Shown here in pieces: positions 36,419 through 50,088 of a stretch of DNA of 64,000 nt (position 1 is the first letter of the stretch; each line of letters opens with the position of its first letter). Source of the DNA: Lingula anatina (Eukaryota; Animalia; Brachiopoda); contig CM120641.1 in assembly GCA_051362555.1 (NCBI GenBank), positions 6,758,001 through 6,822,000 on the forward strand. The letters are read 5' to 3'. A model generated the notes under the pieces. The model did not search any database. It saw only the letters and a list, made by a program, of their open reading frames with translations, and was not told the origin of the DNA. The translations under genes were made by a program, and so were the position numbers.

Positions 36419-39400
36419 ATGAATCCTGGAGAAAAGGCTGGACTGGTGTTGCTAGCAGGGAATTCGCACCCAGAACTCACAAAGCAGATTTCAGAGTACG
36501 TTTGGAAAATTTGACATTGTTAGTTTTTGAAATGCGTTGGTATTGTCAGTGTTGCTTGTTGAGTGAAATGTTTTGATTCACTGTGCTATTTTGCTGATGC
36601 TCTCTTGATGAGAGACACTTTGCCTTGACAAATTTGACGTTACTCAACTTGTGATTCATGTCGGCGTAACAGCAATTAAACGTACTACTCATAATGGGAA
36701 TCAACATTTGATTAGAAATAGCCAACAACTTTTGTAAGTCCATATGATTGAAATAGCGCTCTGGTTGTTTAGTTTCAAGGTCAACCTTTTTTTTCCAGAA
36801 AACTTTGTGAAAGAGTTGGTATTAGCAATGTTTACCACAAGTCAAATAGAGGTAGGCAAACTATCTTCTAACTAGGTTTGAGTGATAGAACCTTGAAAAT
36901 GTGTCAGTTTGTATTTCTTTAAAATTAATTTTCATTTGAGTAGAATGGTGTTATTTCTTTCAGATAACGGAATGTTTGTCATTTAGTTAAACTCATAACG
37001 TGCATCAGGTTTTGTTTTTTTGCGTGATCTATAACAAGATTGCATGTATTTTGTAACTGTCGACTTTTCTCAATTGACCGGCATCTTTGAAGAATTATTA
37101 GAAAAACTATTATATTCTTTCAAAAAAAAAATTAATGGCATAGATACTTATATTACTGTGCTTTGTTTTGTATGATACATGTTGCTTTATATATTTTAGA
37201 GACTGTTGTTGATATCCAAGAGTCTGTACGAGGGAAGGATGTATATATTATTCAAACTGGAACAAAGTAAGACCCGAAATTGGGTTGAAAGTCTTTCTTC
37301 TTAAACTTGACTTAAAATTACTCCTACAATACAATTATTTTCATTGAATTCAAGTACTTCTCAGTCTAGTAATCCTAGAATATGGTTATGATATAGTGGA
37401 AATTTAATCAATAACACCCATGATTTATATAATGGGAAGAAAGCAATAATTTGATGTTGTTTTTTTTTTTTATTTTATTTTATTTCTCAGGAGTCTGAAC
37501 AATTTTTATTTTTCAGGAATGTGAACAATGACATAATGGAGTTGCTGATCATGTCGTATGCCTGTAAGACTTCCTCCTGTAGAAAGATCATAGGTGTGGT
37601 GCCGTACCTACCCTACTGTAAGCAGAGCAAGATGAGGAAGAGGGGAGCAATAGCCTGTAAATTGCTGGCACAAATGTTCAAAAATGCAGGTAAGACATAT
37701 TGAAGTCTTATCACATCTCAAGTAATTAATTGAAAGTTTCATCTGGCCATATTGTTCCCTAGTTGTGTGAAACATTGAGAAAATTAAAAAACATGATATT
37801 GTACTTTATGACTTTATGCCAGTCTTGCCTTGGTGAGGTTTACATGTATAACAAACTTTTGATGTCCGTTTTTATCATGATGATAGTGAATTAAAACTGA
37901 ATTCCGTTTTGTTCTAATGTTCTGAATTTTGTCTTACTGTTAGTACATCCATTATATAAACAGTATTGCCCTGTCACATTTCTGTATTTAGGTATAACAA
38001 ACTTGATCACCATTGATCTACACCAGAAAGAAATACAGGGATTTTTTGATATGCCAGTTGATAACCTACGTGCATCACCTTTCCTCATAGAATATATCAT
38101 GAAAATGGTAGGTAACATCAAAAGTGCAGGGATATAGAGTACGTACCTAGAAATTGACTGAGTATAACTTCCTTTTCTGTGATAATGGACTAGTTTTGTT
38201 TGTTCTAGCCACGAAAATTATACCCATTTATCATCAAACTGTATGGCAAATTACTGACATTCTGATATTACATGATAAGCAAAAAACAGATTTCTATTAG
38301 TTACCCATTCACCTTTCAGATCCCAGATTACAGAAATGCCATCATTGTTGCCAGAAATGCTAATTCTGTCAAGCGAGCAACGTCCTATGCTGAGAGGTTA
38401 CGCCTTGGTATTGCAGTGGTTCATGGTGAGGAAAGGATTCCCGACTCTGACCTAGATGACGGCAGGCATTCTCCCCCTCCACAGGAAGAGGAGGAAGAAA
38501 ACAGGCTCAGTAGAGGAATAGAAATTATGCCCAGTAAGTGTTGTCAATGGTTTAATATTCTTTTTGAGGAGAAGGCAATGCTGCCAATGCATAAAAACGT
38601 TTTGGAGCTGCACAGGAAAATGCTCACTTCTTTTTTTTATAAATGTAACCTTTGTAAATTGGGTAAGCAGATTAATATTTACCACATTTTGTTCTTAAAT
38701 TCTCAACTGTAACAATGCAGTATCAGAATCTAGTATCAATTTAACAAACAAATATGAAGTTACAAATTAGCTCTGCTTATCTTTATTTATTAAGTCCTAA
38801 AACACATCGCAACAGAAAAAATCATTTTAACATCATCAAGTATTATTCTGTTTTAATTTGCAGTGCTCACACCTAAAGCCAAGCCACCCATGAATGTTGT
38901 TGGTGATGTTGCTGGAAAAATTGCAATCATGGTGGTAAGTGGCTAACATGCAGATTGTCTGAACAGTAAAGAGAGGCATCCTCTGCCTGGGCATACTTTT
39001 ATGATATAATCAAGTACTAAAAATTGTTACTAGACATTTTATTCAGTGTCCAAAGAAGAACAGTGTATTATAGAATGAAGACAATAGAATAACAGTTACA
39101 TGATATTCAGTTATTTCAGAAATTAAGTTTATCCCAAATTATTTCCCTTTTATTGTACAGGATGACATGATTGATGATGTGGAAGCCTTTGTTGCCACAG
39201 CAGAACTCTTGAAGTCAAGAGGAGCATATAAAATATATGTCATGGCCACACACGGGTTGCTGTCATCAGATGCTCCGCGACTTCTGGAAGCTTCTCCTAT
39301 TGATGAGGTACAGGTGCCAATCATAACATTTCTTCAGACACTAGCACATGCAACTTACAACAATTGCTGAATATAGTTTACTTTAGCCAATGAAATGAAA

Positions 39401-39784
39401 TAGGATTTTATTTCTAAAATTTTTCCATTTTAATATTCTTAAACATGAATCAAATGCTACTGATAGATTCCATTATGTGGACACCTACAGAAATTTGAAT
39501 GTAAAGAAGCTAGCCCACGTTGGATCTGAAGCTCAAGGGAAGTAATTATTGACATCCAGGAGATTTGTTCAGGAAGTCAGTTAATACATTGATCTGAAGT
39601 GACAATTGCAACATTTGTATTTCAGGTGGTTGTGAGCAACACAGTTCCCCATGATATCCAGAAGATGCAGTGCCACAAGATTAAGACAGTCGACATCAGT
39701 GTACTCCTAGTGGAGGCCATCAGGCGCACGCACAACAACGAGTCCATGTCTTATCTCTTCAAGTACATCACTTCAGAAGACTAG
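36419..39784 (+). CDS. PRPSAP: Phosphoribosyl pyrophosphate synthase-associated protein (PRPSAP1/2 co-ortholog), 9 exons
   Basis: Exon 1 36419-36495 [25 protein letters not shown], then [72 protein letters not shown] and [23 protein letters not shown] and DGRHSPP distinguish the non-catalytic PRPSAP from PRPS. Confidence 0.95.
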
Positions 39785-41689
39785 TCCAATACGTTTACAA
39801 ACAACATATATACCCCAAAGATGCTCTCAAATGACATGGGTTATTTCTCTGGGGTATTAAAGTTGGTTGCCAGTATCTTCTCAGAGGATCGTGATTAGTC
39901 CTCAAAGAACGAAGCCAATATGTTCAAACTAAAACACCATTCATTGTTACTCCAGAATACTTAATTTGACATTATAACTATTTGGAAGTTTGTTCCATAA
40001 GGTAAAATGTCACCTCTCTGTGGTGATATTCTAAATGTTTTGAATAAACTTATTATCTCATGTCCAGATCTTACACTGGATTGCCAACTTGGCACATTTG
40101 TGTATATTATACTCATTTTTTGTATCAATCCCCATTGTTTAAGTGTTTTTCCATTGTTAATAGCATGTTCAAAAATAGATCTATATATTTTGAAGATAAA
40201 TGAGGGCAACACTACCAATGTGACCAAGAGCTGGTCAAATGATATCAGTTATGTCGTCATAAATGATGCAGATTCCAAAGTCCATTCCCAGTTACTTCAA
40301 ACAAGTTTATTTCGTTCAGCCTCCCCAAGTTGTTGAATTTTTCCATGGTTACAGACATGTTGGAAAGGCAATTCCCTCTCATTCTAAAGACATTCATGTG
40401 ACAGTTGATCTCCAATGTTACAAGCTTACTTTTGTTACCATTGTGCACAGTGCTGCTGCTTCAAAAGTCCTTTAAAATAACAGGGTGCTTTCCTTGCTGA
40501 ATAAAAAATTCGCTGAAAACTTATGGTACCTGCAGAACTGGGCTGAGGATGTAAAAACTAAGCCATTTCAATGCTATTTTCTTTATGGGATTACATCTTA
40601 TTTAAACGTTTGTGACATATAATGCCCTTGCACAATGCACTCAAAGCAGGAAGACGGGTCCTGTAGGATTTGGAAATGTAGTAAATTTGTGAACATTGGC
40701 ATGGCTGTTTATGACCAATTGTATGTAATGTTATAGGCACTGCTAAATGTTAAAGATTGGTTTCTCTTAATTGAACTTTAGTCTTATCCCAACTGTGCTA
40801 TAAATGATTCCATGCATCATGCACATGTTAAAAATTCGGCTTTTCATTGGAACTTTTCTTCATTTTTCTTTTAAAGTTTTTTTTTCCACATTGAATTCTT
40901 GGTTAAGTGATTTTTGCACCCTCTACTCAGCTCTTAAAATTTAAGGATGAAGGTCTATATGGTACAAACTGCACTTGTGCAAGTCACTTTAAGGTGCCTA
41001 AATTTATACTGGAGAAAAAAGAAATAAAAGCGCATTTAGCAACATGTTTTCAGCTGCAATTTATTGTTTTTATAATTCCACACTCCATAACAATAGATGG
41101 GTTATTTTTTGCTCACAGAGCAGAGCATAACTTTAAAGCAATAATAACTCTTCGTTTCGGCCAAAAAATGAATTTTCCTGGAGTAAACAACAATTTTCCC
41201 ATGCTTACCAATGGTTAATGAATCCATTTTTACATTCAAAGTTAGTCCCTGGTTTTTTTCTAAAAAGTTTGGTTTTTTGTTAAAATCTCTTAAGAGATTT
41301 TAACAGAGTATAGACATCAATGGAGGTCACGTGGTCTAAAGACAAGTTCAAATATCAGAATAAAAGCTATAACTGCTGTTTTTGTGGTAAAACAGAATAT
41401 ATTATATTTCTATGAGTTATTTACAAGGTTTTTATTGTGAAATATAGGTCTCATACAAAGAGTTATTATGCCTTTAATATTAGTTCCACGAGACAAAGAA
41501 GATTCTAAATTGTCACTTATTCCAAGAAAAATTATGATATTGTGCTTTATAGTATTGATGACAGTCTTGCCTTGGTAAGGTTTGCACACAAAACAAACTT
41601 CTGAAGTCCACATTTCATCAGCTTGAATGAAACCATTACCTTAACACTACAGTTTTCTTCACCTATACAAGTTATCCTAGTAATTACTA

Positions 41690-42570
41690 TCAGCTCCCAC
41701 TTTCCCTGTGGCCTTGTAATTCATCATTACAAAATGTGAGTTTGTTGAAAATATGAATGTGATCATCATTTGTTGCTATGGCCAGTAAACTCTGCCTGCA
41801 GGTGATGTCCACCACAGACCCATTCTCCAGCTGACCCAAGATTTGTCCAGAGAAAGCATCCCAGACCCACAAACTTCCATCTTCTAATATGCCATAAAGC
41901 AGATCCTCCTGTATAGATGAGGACTTGAAGCTGAAATTACATTAAAATAGGGGAATTAAATGGGGGTAACTTACAGGTTACACACTATATCAAAACTGTC
42001 AGCCTGCAGCTTTGAACAGAAGCAATTTCAATAAACCCTGTGGTAATGGAGAAACGGGATGTGGATACCAGGCTAATATTTTATCTTGAATGATAACAAA
42101 AGAAAATCATGCTTTCTGACACATTACATCTTTTAAAGGTATGTAATATACTTTACCTTTGCAACTTCCAAGAAGAAGGTTTCAGACTGTGAACTACTGC
42201 CATCTTATTTGTACTTGGATTCAGTAACATCAAATACCCTGGGCACTTGTCTCTACCATCTGAAGGATCACTTTGTTCTAATGATAACAACATATGAAAG
42301 AAAAGAACCCCCTGTTCCTCTCTGACTTCTGCACAGGTAAAGGCAGACTTTTCTGGGACAAGATGACAAAAAGAGCTCTTTTTTAGAAGTATTCCTTCTT
42401 CATGGTTCCTAGAAAAAATCAAATCCATTCACACTTACTTCTATGTCCAATAATCTTTTCACCATTAATAAACATTAATCAGAATATTGATTTCTTAAAT
42501 CTAATCTTAAAATCAGATACAATTTCTGAAATCAGAAAGACTAGCTGAATATTGTTTAAAGAATAATTAA

Positions 42571-42607
<37 letters not shown>

Positions 42608-45600
42608 CTCATTATATTAACATTATTATTATTCAAATATTGTACATCACTATGCTCAATGTTTGTCACCATTCCATTCCAGTCCCTTTAAACATTAATA
42701 AAAAGATATTTGTTGTAAAATACAACTGCCAATCCTATCCTCTATTGTTGTACATTAAATATTTCAGGAAAACTGTTCACAGCATTGACATACAATATTT
42801 GTCTACTTCAACTTAACCAACTACAGCTGTTGAAAGTTAGAAACAAAATAGTAAAAATATATCAGAAATGAACTCAATGGCTAATGAAAAACATGCTTCT
42901 TCAACACCTGCATACTCACCATAGATACACATGCTCAGTTCCAATCCCCATTAATGCCAGTGGCAATTCCTGCACAGTTGCCACAGAGGTTAAGCAGTCC
43001 TCTACACTCTCCAGTTGGCTAGGTTTGTCTATGCTATCTAACTCCATGCTCAGCTTGTACTTCACTACGTCACCACCCCTCACCAGACAAAACTCTCTCC
43101 CTTTTAATGGACAGCAGGTTTGGCTGAATATACAAAATGTAGAACATAAATAACATAAACAAGAAATCTATATATTTTTGCAGTGGTATCTGTCTGCTAC
43201 AAAGTAAAAGGAGATGTGATTCAAAGAAATCAGGGGTGACAAAAATGTGAGGTGATTACTATTTTTCTCATGTTGTGATTTAACTAGTCAATCTTCAAGG
43301 TCTTGAACCTATCATGATTTCACATAATCGTCTTCTGACAGATGATTATGTGGTCAAGTCCCCTCATTAAATGAACTTGAAATTTTGTCAATCTGGAAGA
43401 GAGAGCCTTTCTGCTCAAACTTTGCCCCGGAATATGACAATTTAGCATGTTAGAATGGTATTTGGTAAATACATTTTCTGAAATCCAGTACCTCCTGAAT
43501 AATCACACTTTTTGTTCATGATTAGTTGATCAGGACTACACATCATTTCTCTCGTTAAATATTTTCACTTACATGTCCCTTGCCACTGTTCTAATGGACA
43601 AGATCCTCTCCAGGTTTTCCCTCCACACATACACCTTGTAGGATCCAGAGTTCAAACTGTCATCAACCAGGACAACAGCTGCCTCTAAGTGGTTCAGGAC
43701 ATGAACCTTTTGAAAAAAGTTCTGCAGAAAAGAAAATGCTGTGTAGTTTTAGAAATTTTAATTGTCACATAACAGGATTGTTTAAGGGAAGTAATTGCAG
43801 TGATATATATTTTCATTTATTAGACAATTACTTATAATCTCTTAAAATCTTTTAATATGATTTTGCCACATCTTTGCAAGTTATAACAATAAGAACACAT
43901 CAAGTACGAACCTTTTCTATACTCCACTGTTTTGCTAGAACATAACTTCCCCCAGGGGTGGCTATCCACAACATCAGCCAGCCTGCACACAAACACACCA
44001 AGTAATCCACTGCCCTATCTTCTGACTTATAGGAACCCAAAGTAATACTTGACACTGTCTGGAGACTGGGGTGCTGCAAAAAATATCTTATTTTAAAAAA
44101 TCCAATGGCATCCTGGATCCAACTTCTCTGATACAAAAACAACTAATAAAATAGTTAAAGAGAGTAAACATTGTTGAAAAGACATTAATAAAAATATTCA
44201 ACAAATATACAGACCACAGGCAAAATTTGGACAAAGTCATATTTTACATGAATAACAATTTACTTGATGTACCCAAATATAAAGGATATGCATGTCAAAA
44301 TAATCTCTATATGTAAATCCTATTAAAACACATATTAACCTTCAACACTGTCTCACCTGGATACAAGCAGAGAACTGCAATGGGCAGTCAGCCTGCTCAG
44401 GCAGGTTAGCCAGTTCCTCCTGCTCCCCTACGGGTTGTACTTTGTGAACATCAGGGGTCACTGTGTCCTTACTAGCAGACTTGTCACTGCATGGAGCATC
44501 ACAAGTGTTATTTACTTTATCAACCTGCAACGCAGCTTGTTGATCCAGGTGCAAACAGTCCTGTTTGTTTGCCAAATTGGAAAAAGGCTGGGAGACAGAA
44601 ATCTGAGAAAGTGAATTATTTGACATGGTAAGAATATGCTTATTGGATTCTGAACTTGATGACAGAGGTTTAGATTCACCAATGCCTAAATCTGCAGTTC
44701 TTTCCTTCAAGATGGGACGTGAATCATCTGGTTGTTTCTCAGAGTAATCTGGATCGTCCTCCGATAACAACAATGGTGACTGTAATTCCACACTATTCCT
44801 TTTACCTCCTATACTCTTTGATATTCTGGATGAAGCGCTAAAGCAGGGAGATGCAGATTCTGCAATGTTTGTATTGGCGACCCTTCCAACCACAGGTGAT
44901 AACTTTACCTGCATATTCTCCTGAAGTTTTTTCAACTTTAACACTGAGAACTCACAGTCTGGAAGAGAAAAATACTGAATATCTTTTAAATGAGTTTTCA
45001 TCTTAAATCTGTCTGGGACTCCTGGAAAGACAATTCCATACATGGGCATGGTCTGTTGGTCACATTCTGTATAGAGGGGAGAGCTTCTGCCCAATTTATT
45101 CATGGCATTTCCTTCACTGCTGATCTTTTCATATTCAGGCTTGCCAGAATACTGAGGTGACTTAGGACACGAATACAAATCTGATGAAAACTGGCCATCA
45201 CTGTTGCTACTGGACTGTACAAAAAACTTAGTCTGTGTTGTAATACGAGGTGACCGTCTGCTCTCTGCACATGACTGAATGCTTCTTCCTCGCCCTCTTC
45301 TTCCACGTTTTCTCACTCCTCTGGTTTGATTACCTGAAGGGTGTTCTCCAACATATTCCAACTGTTCCAAAGAGAAAGTTTCCACAGGTTCAGATTCACA
45401 TGAATTCAATTCTGTGCCATGAACATTGACTCTGTCACATGTGACGCCTCTTCTTCCTCCCCTTCTACCTCTCCTGCCCCTCCTTCCACCCCTGCCCCTC
45501 CTCCCTCCTCTCTGGGAGCTTGGATTTAAAGGTTCTGAGAAAGACTCTTGGCATGGAAGAGGAGAAGCGTCCTTGGAGGGCACTGCTGTATGGAGGCTTA

Positions 45601-47427
45601 CAGGTTCTGAGAGTTCCAACTCTGGAAACTGACATCGTTCCTTGGATGTTTTACTGGTAAGGGCTTGTGAATTTTTTGTTATGGAGCTAGACTTTGCCGA
45701 CTCTGGACCCAAGCTGTTATTGGAGACTTCTGCAGTCTTATTTCCAGCTGTTGTAGACTGGGTGTGTAGTTTTGATTGCTGTTTTTCCATATCTTCAGCC
45801 TCTGTTATGGCATTTACATCTTGTGACTCAGGTATGACAATAGTGTCATTGGGTTTTTTTAGTTTCAGTTTAGTTTTTTTAGTTTCAGAATGATGGACTT
45901 CAGGGTCATTCCCTGGCTTAACTGGCCCTAAACTGTTTATTAACTCAGGCACCTCATTCAAAGCAGCATCACACTGCTTGGTGGCAAAACCATTTGGAGC
46001 CTGGTGCATAGGTAATGTAGTTGTTGATGGTGTATTTTGATAACATGTAACACTATTGAGCTCAAACTTAACAGCTGCTTTTGTTCTCTTAGATTTTTGT
46101 GCTCCTGTCTCATTTTCTGCTCTTGGGCTTTCAAGAGATTCTGCCACTTGTGCCTGCTCCAATAGCTTCTGTTGGACATGGGCTCGAGCTTTTGCTGCTC
46201 TTTCTGATCTCTGCAAGAGAAAGAGAATTATCTATTTTGAATGAACCAATGAGCAAATAAAATAAAAATTTGCTTAACAGATATTGAAATATTTTATCCT
46301 TTGAACTTTATCCTATATTTCTTACTAAAAGTAAAAATATTCAAGATTGAATGTGACCGTGGCCTAATCTCTAAAAAGGCTACATTTAATATTTCAGAGT
46401 TTCTAAAGAAAATTAAGTCAATTATTCTAATGCAAACATCAAACAAATGGAATAGAAGTGTCTTCATGAAAGTAACCGACTATAAAATTATACTCACTTC
46501 AAGTTTTCTTTTCTTTTTTTCATATTCTTTCTCAATTACAGCAAGCTTTCTTCTGATCTAGACCAAAGTAAGATTATGACAATATAATATATATATATAA
46601 ATAATAATGGAATATTACAAACATTTAAGATTTAAAAATATCTTCCCAGTCATTCCCTAAGTCCTCTTTTAACACAGATGTTTAAGGGGTTAACAACTCT
46701 TCATGAGATTAAAAAATATTCTACAACAAGTCATACAACAACACATAAAAATATAATAAATTCCATTTTAATGCCAAAACAGTGGTTACTGCAATTATTC
46801 TGGCATCTGTGCTTCCCATCAGACCACATGGGCTTTCATAGATGGCTATCCTCCATAATTATTTCCAAAGAGATTATTACAAAAACTCCACCTTTTCTTT
46901 TTTTAAAGAAAACTAGCTCTGAATGCATGTCAGATTGGATTCGTTTATCTTTGGAAAATAAGTGAAAAATTTCATTTACCCCAGGAAAATACGATTTATG
47001 ACACTTTTCCTGCCAAAATAAACAGCTGTCACCCCTTTAATGTAATGGTTTAACCCCCCCCCCCCTTCACGCATCTTTCTCTCAACCAGATTCCATGCAC
47101 AAATTCTCTCACAATACAAAAAAGTGCAAATAAATAGACAGAGACATATCTGTAAATATTTAGTGAAAAAAAATCTGTGGCCCTGGTAGAGGTTTAACTT
47201 ATCCTCTGCTATGTACTACTGAAGTACAATTATTAACTTCCAAGTACATATATGATATACTCTTACTCATTATAACTACATGTACATGTACTACTTGTCT
47301 GCTAGTGCTAAGTACTGCAGTTGTGTCACCTCGGTCCTCAGCTATTACAGGAAAAGCATTTAAAGTACGTCAGTATCATTTCGCATATGCATAATTTCAA
47401 GTCAATATTCACCTCTGCTTCGTCCAT
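41690..47427 (-). CDS. PALB2: Partner and localizer of BRCA2-like protein, about 8 exons
   Basis: Spliced N-terminus MDEAE|IRRKLAVIEKEYEKKKRKLE|RSERAAKARAHVQQKLLEQ (exons 47413-47427, 46498-46557, 44357-46210) matches the PALB2 coiled coil. FSLPDCEFSVLKLKKL matches the MRG15-binding FxLP motif. The C-terminal exons are WD40-like (LMLLNPST, VWDAFSGQILGQL, ATNDDHIHIF). Confidence 0.85.
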
Positions 47428-47786
47428 GTGTACTAAAAGAGCAGCATTCAGATGGGAAGTTGGAGAAATGAATGAATGATAACAAATTTACCGCGGAAGT
47501 TCTGCGCATGTGTCAGCAAAGAGCGCATGCGTCATCGTTGTAAGCAAAGTGCTTCAAGGACCGAAGGAGAAATATCATTTTACACGCAATATTCCTCACG
47601 GCGTTTACTCTGGGTTTATCTAGATGGTTGCAAAGAACCGGAAAACCCACGGCGTCACGTAAGAAGCGATGAGGATCCAGGTGTTTCAGCTTTTGCCGTA
47701 AAACGGCCCTAAAGGTAGCAGTGATCGGCCATTCACTGTTTTGTTGACTGAACACTGCGGAGAGTCAGTGACTTCGTGTTTGCTGC
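47428..47786. promoter_or_regulatory. Bidirectional promoter PALB2/RAB40
   Basis: CpG-rich, about 360 bp, with ETS CGGAAGT (47494-47500), NRF1-like TGCGCATGTG (47503-47512) and GCGCATGCG (47523-47531), and CGTCACGT. Confidence 0.75.
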
Positions 47787-47843
47787 ATGGGTCAGTCGAG
47801 TCGGCAGCATATCTGCTCACAGAATCATGAACTCAAGATTATT

Positions 47844-50049
47844 ATGAGCTCTCCGTCATCTAATGGTGCCACAGGTGGTGCTAGTCTGTCCCCCACCCCC
47901 AGTATGAGGGGGACCAAGCCCTATGATTACCTGCTCAAATTTCTCCTAGTGGGAGATGCAGATGTAGGAAAAGAAGAATTGATGAGCGAAATGGAGGATG
48001 GCTCCGTGGAGTCACCTTATTGTGGTAAGAATACAGAAGATTAGGGAAGTGTGGGTGTGTTTTACAGGGTGCAGATTAAGCATTCGCCAGCTAGACTATG
48101 ACTGCATTCTGCCTGGCAGATCCACTCTCCAGCTATGGTTATTGGGTTATTTCTTGTTATTTGGCATTTTTTGAGGTCTACCCATCCTTGCCCAACTCAG
48201 CAAGTAGTAGAAATATAAGAAGATATAAAAAGGATTTAGATTTTAAGTCAAATGTTTCTATGTAATTTGAAATGATAATCATCAGACAGAATCCACAGTC
48301 TCGTGACTTGGTAAAAAATTAAGCAAGATTTCACGGGGTCTGGAGGAGAGTGGGATAAGAAACAGTGGCAGACAGAAATAGTTTTCTGGTTGTCTTAGTT
48401 ACCTTATATTTTAACCCATATAATGTTGATGTCTATTGACCCTGTTTTGGGTGCCACTTCTGTATTGCTCTCCCCATTCCAGCTCTTTCCCAGCAACACA
48501 CACTTCAGAACAGCTGAGTACCAAATAACAGAGCATGACTTTATTTAATGTGATAACTTATTAGCCGTCAAAACAGAAAATGCGTGACATGTTTTCCTTG
48601 ATTGACTCTTTTGAATGTAACCTCTAGGTTTAGTTGAAGTTTTCATTCCATCCTTCCTTTCTGTAATTTAGCATGAAGTGTCTGATTAGTCAATTGATTT
48701 TATGAAAATCTAATGCTGGTTTTAAGAATAATATTATTTGTCAATGCTTGTATTCACATTATCTTTTAATGTGATATAAGCCATGCTATTATGTCATTAT
48801 CATTGACTATGTGAATTCAGACTTGCTGCAAAGGAACTCTCTGTGTCATCTTTGTGGTATTTTGTTTCAATCTCTGTATTATTTGGATAACTTTGTATGC
48901 TACATGACTGTATGATGGTTTCAGTTTGGAAGTAAAAAAGATTAAATTACCAGACTGTGATAGCCGCCCTCAGAACATACTGCTTCACCTTATTGTTTGA
49001 TCATCAATTGGAACTTTTAGAAGCCAAATTAATTTGGGTACTTCGGTACTGTGTATTGGGTGGGAGGACAAAAGGATTAGATAGGCTTCTTATGGTGAGA
49101 AAGTCATTTAGTGCTAGCAGGCTAAAATAAGTAGTCACAGTATGACTGGTAGTGGGAACTTGTATAATCAGGCCTACCCAACTACCAGACTCGGCACCGA
49201 ATGATCCTGAATTCACCGGTATATCAGACCACACTACTTGTTTTCAAGGTGTGTGTTAGATTGCATTACACAGTATCATACCCTGAACAAATTTTGAGTG
49301 GTGATGCAATGCTTTTTAACCCCGCTGAGAATCGTCACTATCACATTGCGTACAAGGCAAGAGCGGTGTCACGTCTGATACTGTGTAATGCGATCTGACA
49401 CACACCTTGAAAACGGGTAGTGTGGTCTGATCTACCGGTGAATTCAGGATCATTCGGTGCCGAGTCTGGTAGTTGGGTAGGCCTGATAATGAATTTTTTT
49501 ATTTTTTCGACTAATGTCTGTTGGTTTGCCCAACATTTATTTGGTTAATTTTTGGCCTATTTGTTGAAGTAGAAATATTATTATGGGTTCAGATTGTCTC
49601 TGATGTGTTTTATGTGGAGGCATAATCTTTTTGCCAAATGCTAAGATCTTAAACACTGCCACAGAAAACAAAAACTATTTACCTTTTATAGAGTGGAACA
49701 AGATTTCCCCAGGACTTTCGGTTGTTATGAAGGTGTTATAGATTGAGTGGTCATTAGCTGACCATATGGTCACTGAAGAAGTCTTGTAAGGGTTAGCCCC
49801 TTGTCCAAGCTGTCTATGGCTGCATATGGAAGGACAAACTATATACAAGATATCTTCACAGCCCATTCCATCGTTAGAAAATGACATAGAAGATAAAGTG
49901 CTCTTCTTTATTGCACAAGGATAAGTGAAACTAGCAATTTGTTTTTTATTACTTGTCACATTTTTTCCTTGTTGAAGTACTGTTGGAGACAATGAAATTT
50001 GTAAGTCATGATTTTTTTCTCAAGCAGTGTAGTAGCTGGGTGGTGATTA

Positions 50050-50088
<39 letters not shown>

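Noticed and set aside
36262-36480. Minus-strand ORF containing AAAATGGCC as an extra NTHL1 exon
   Set aside because: It is better explained as a YY1 site plus antisense of PRPSAP exon 1, and the implied intron would be too short.
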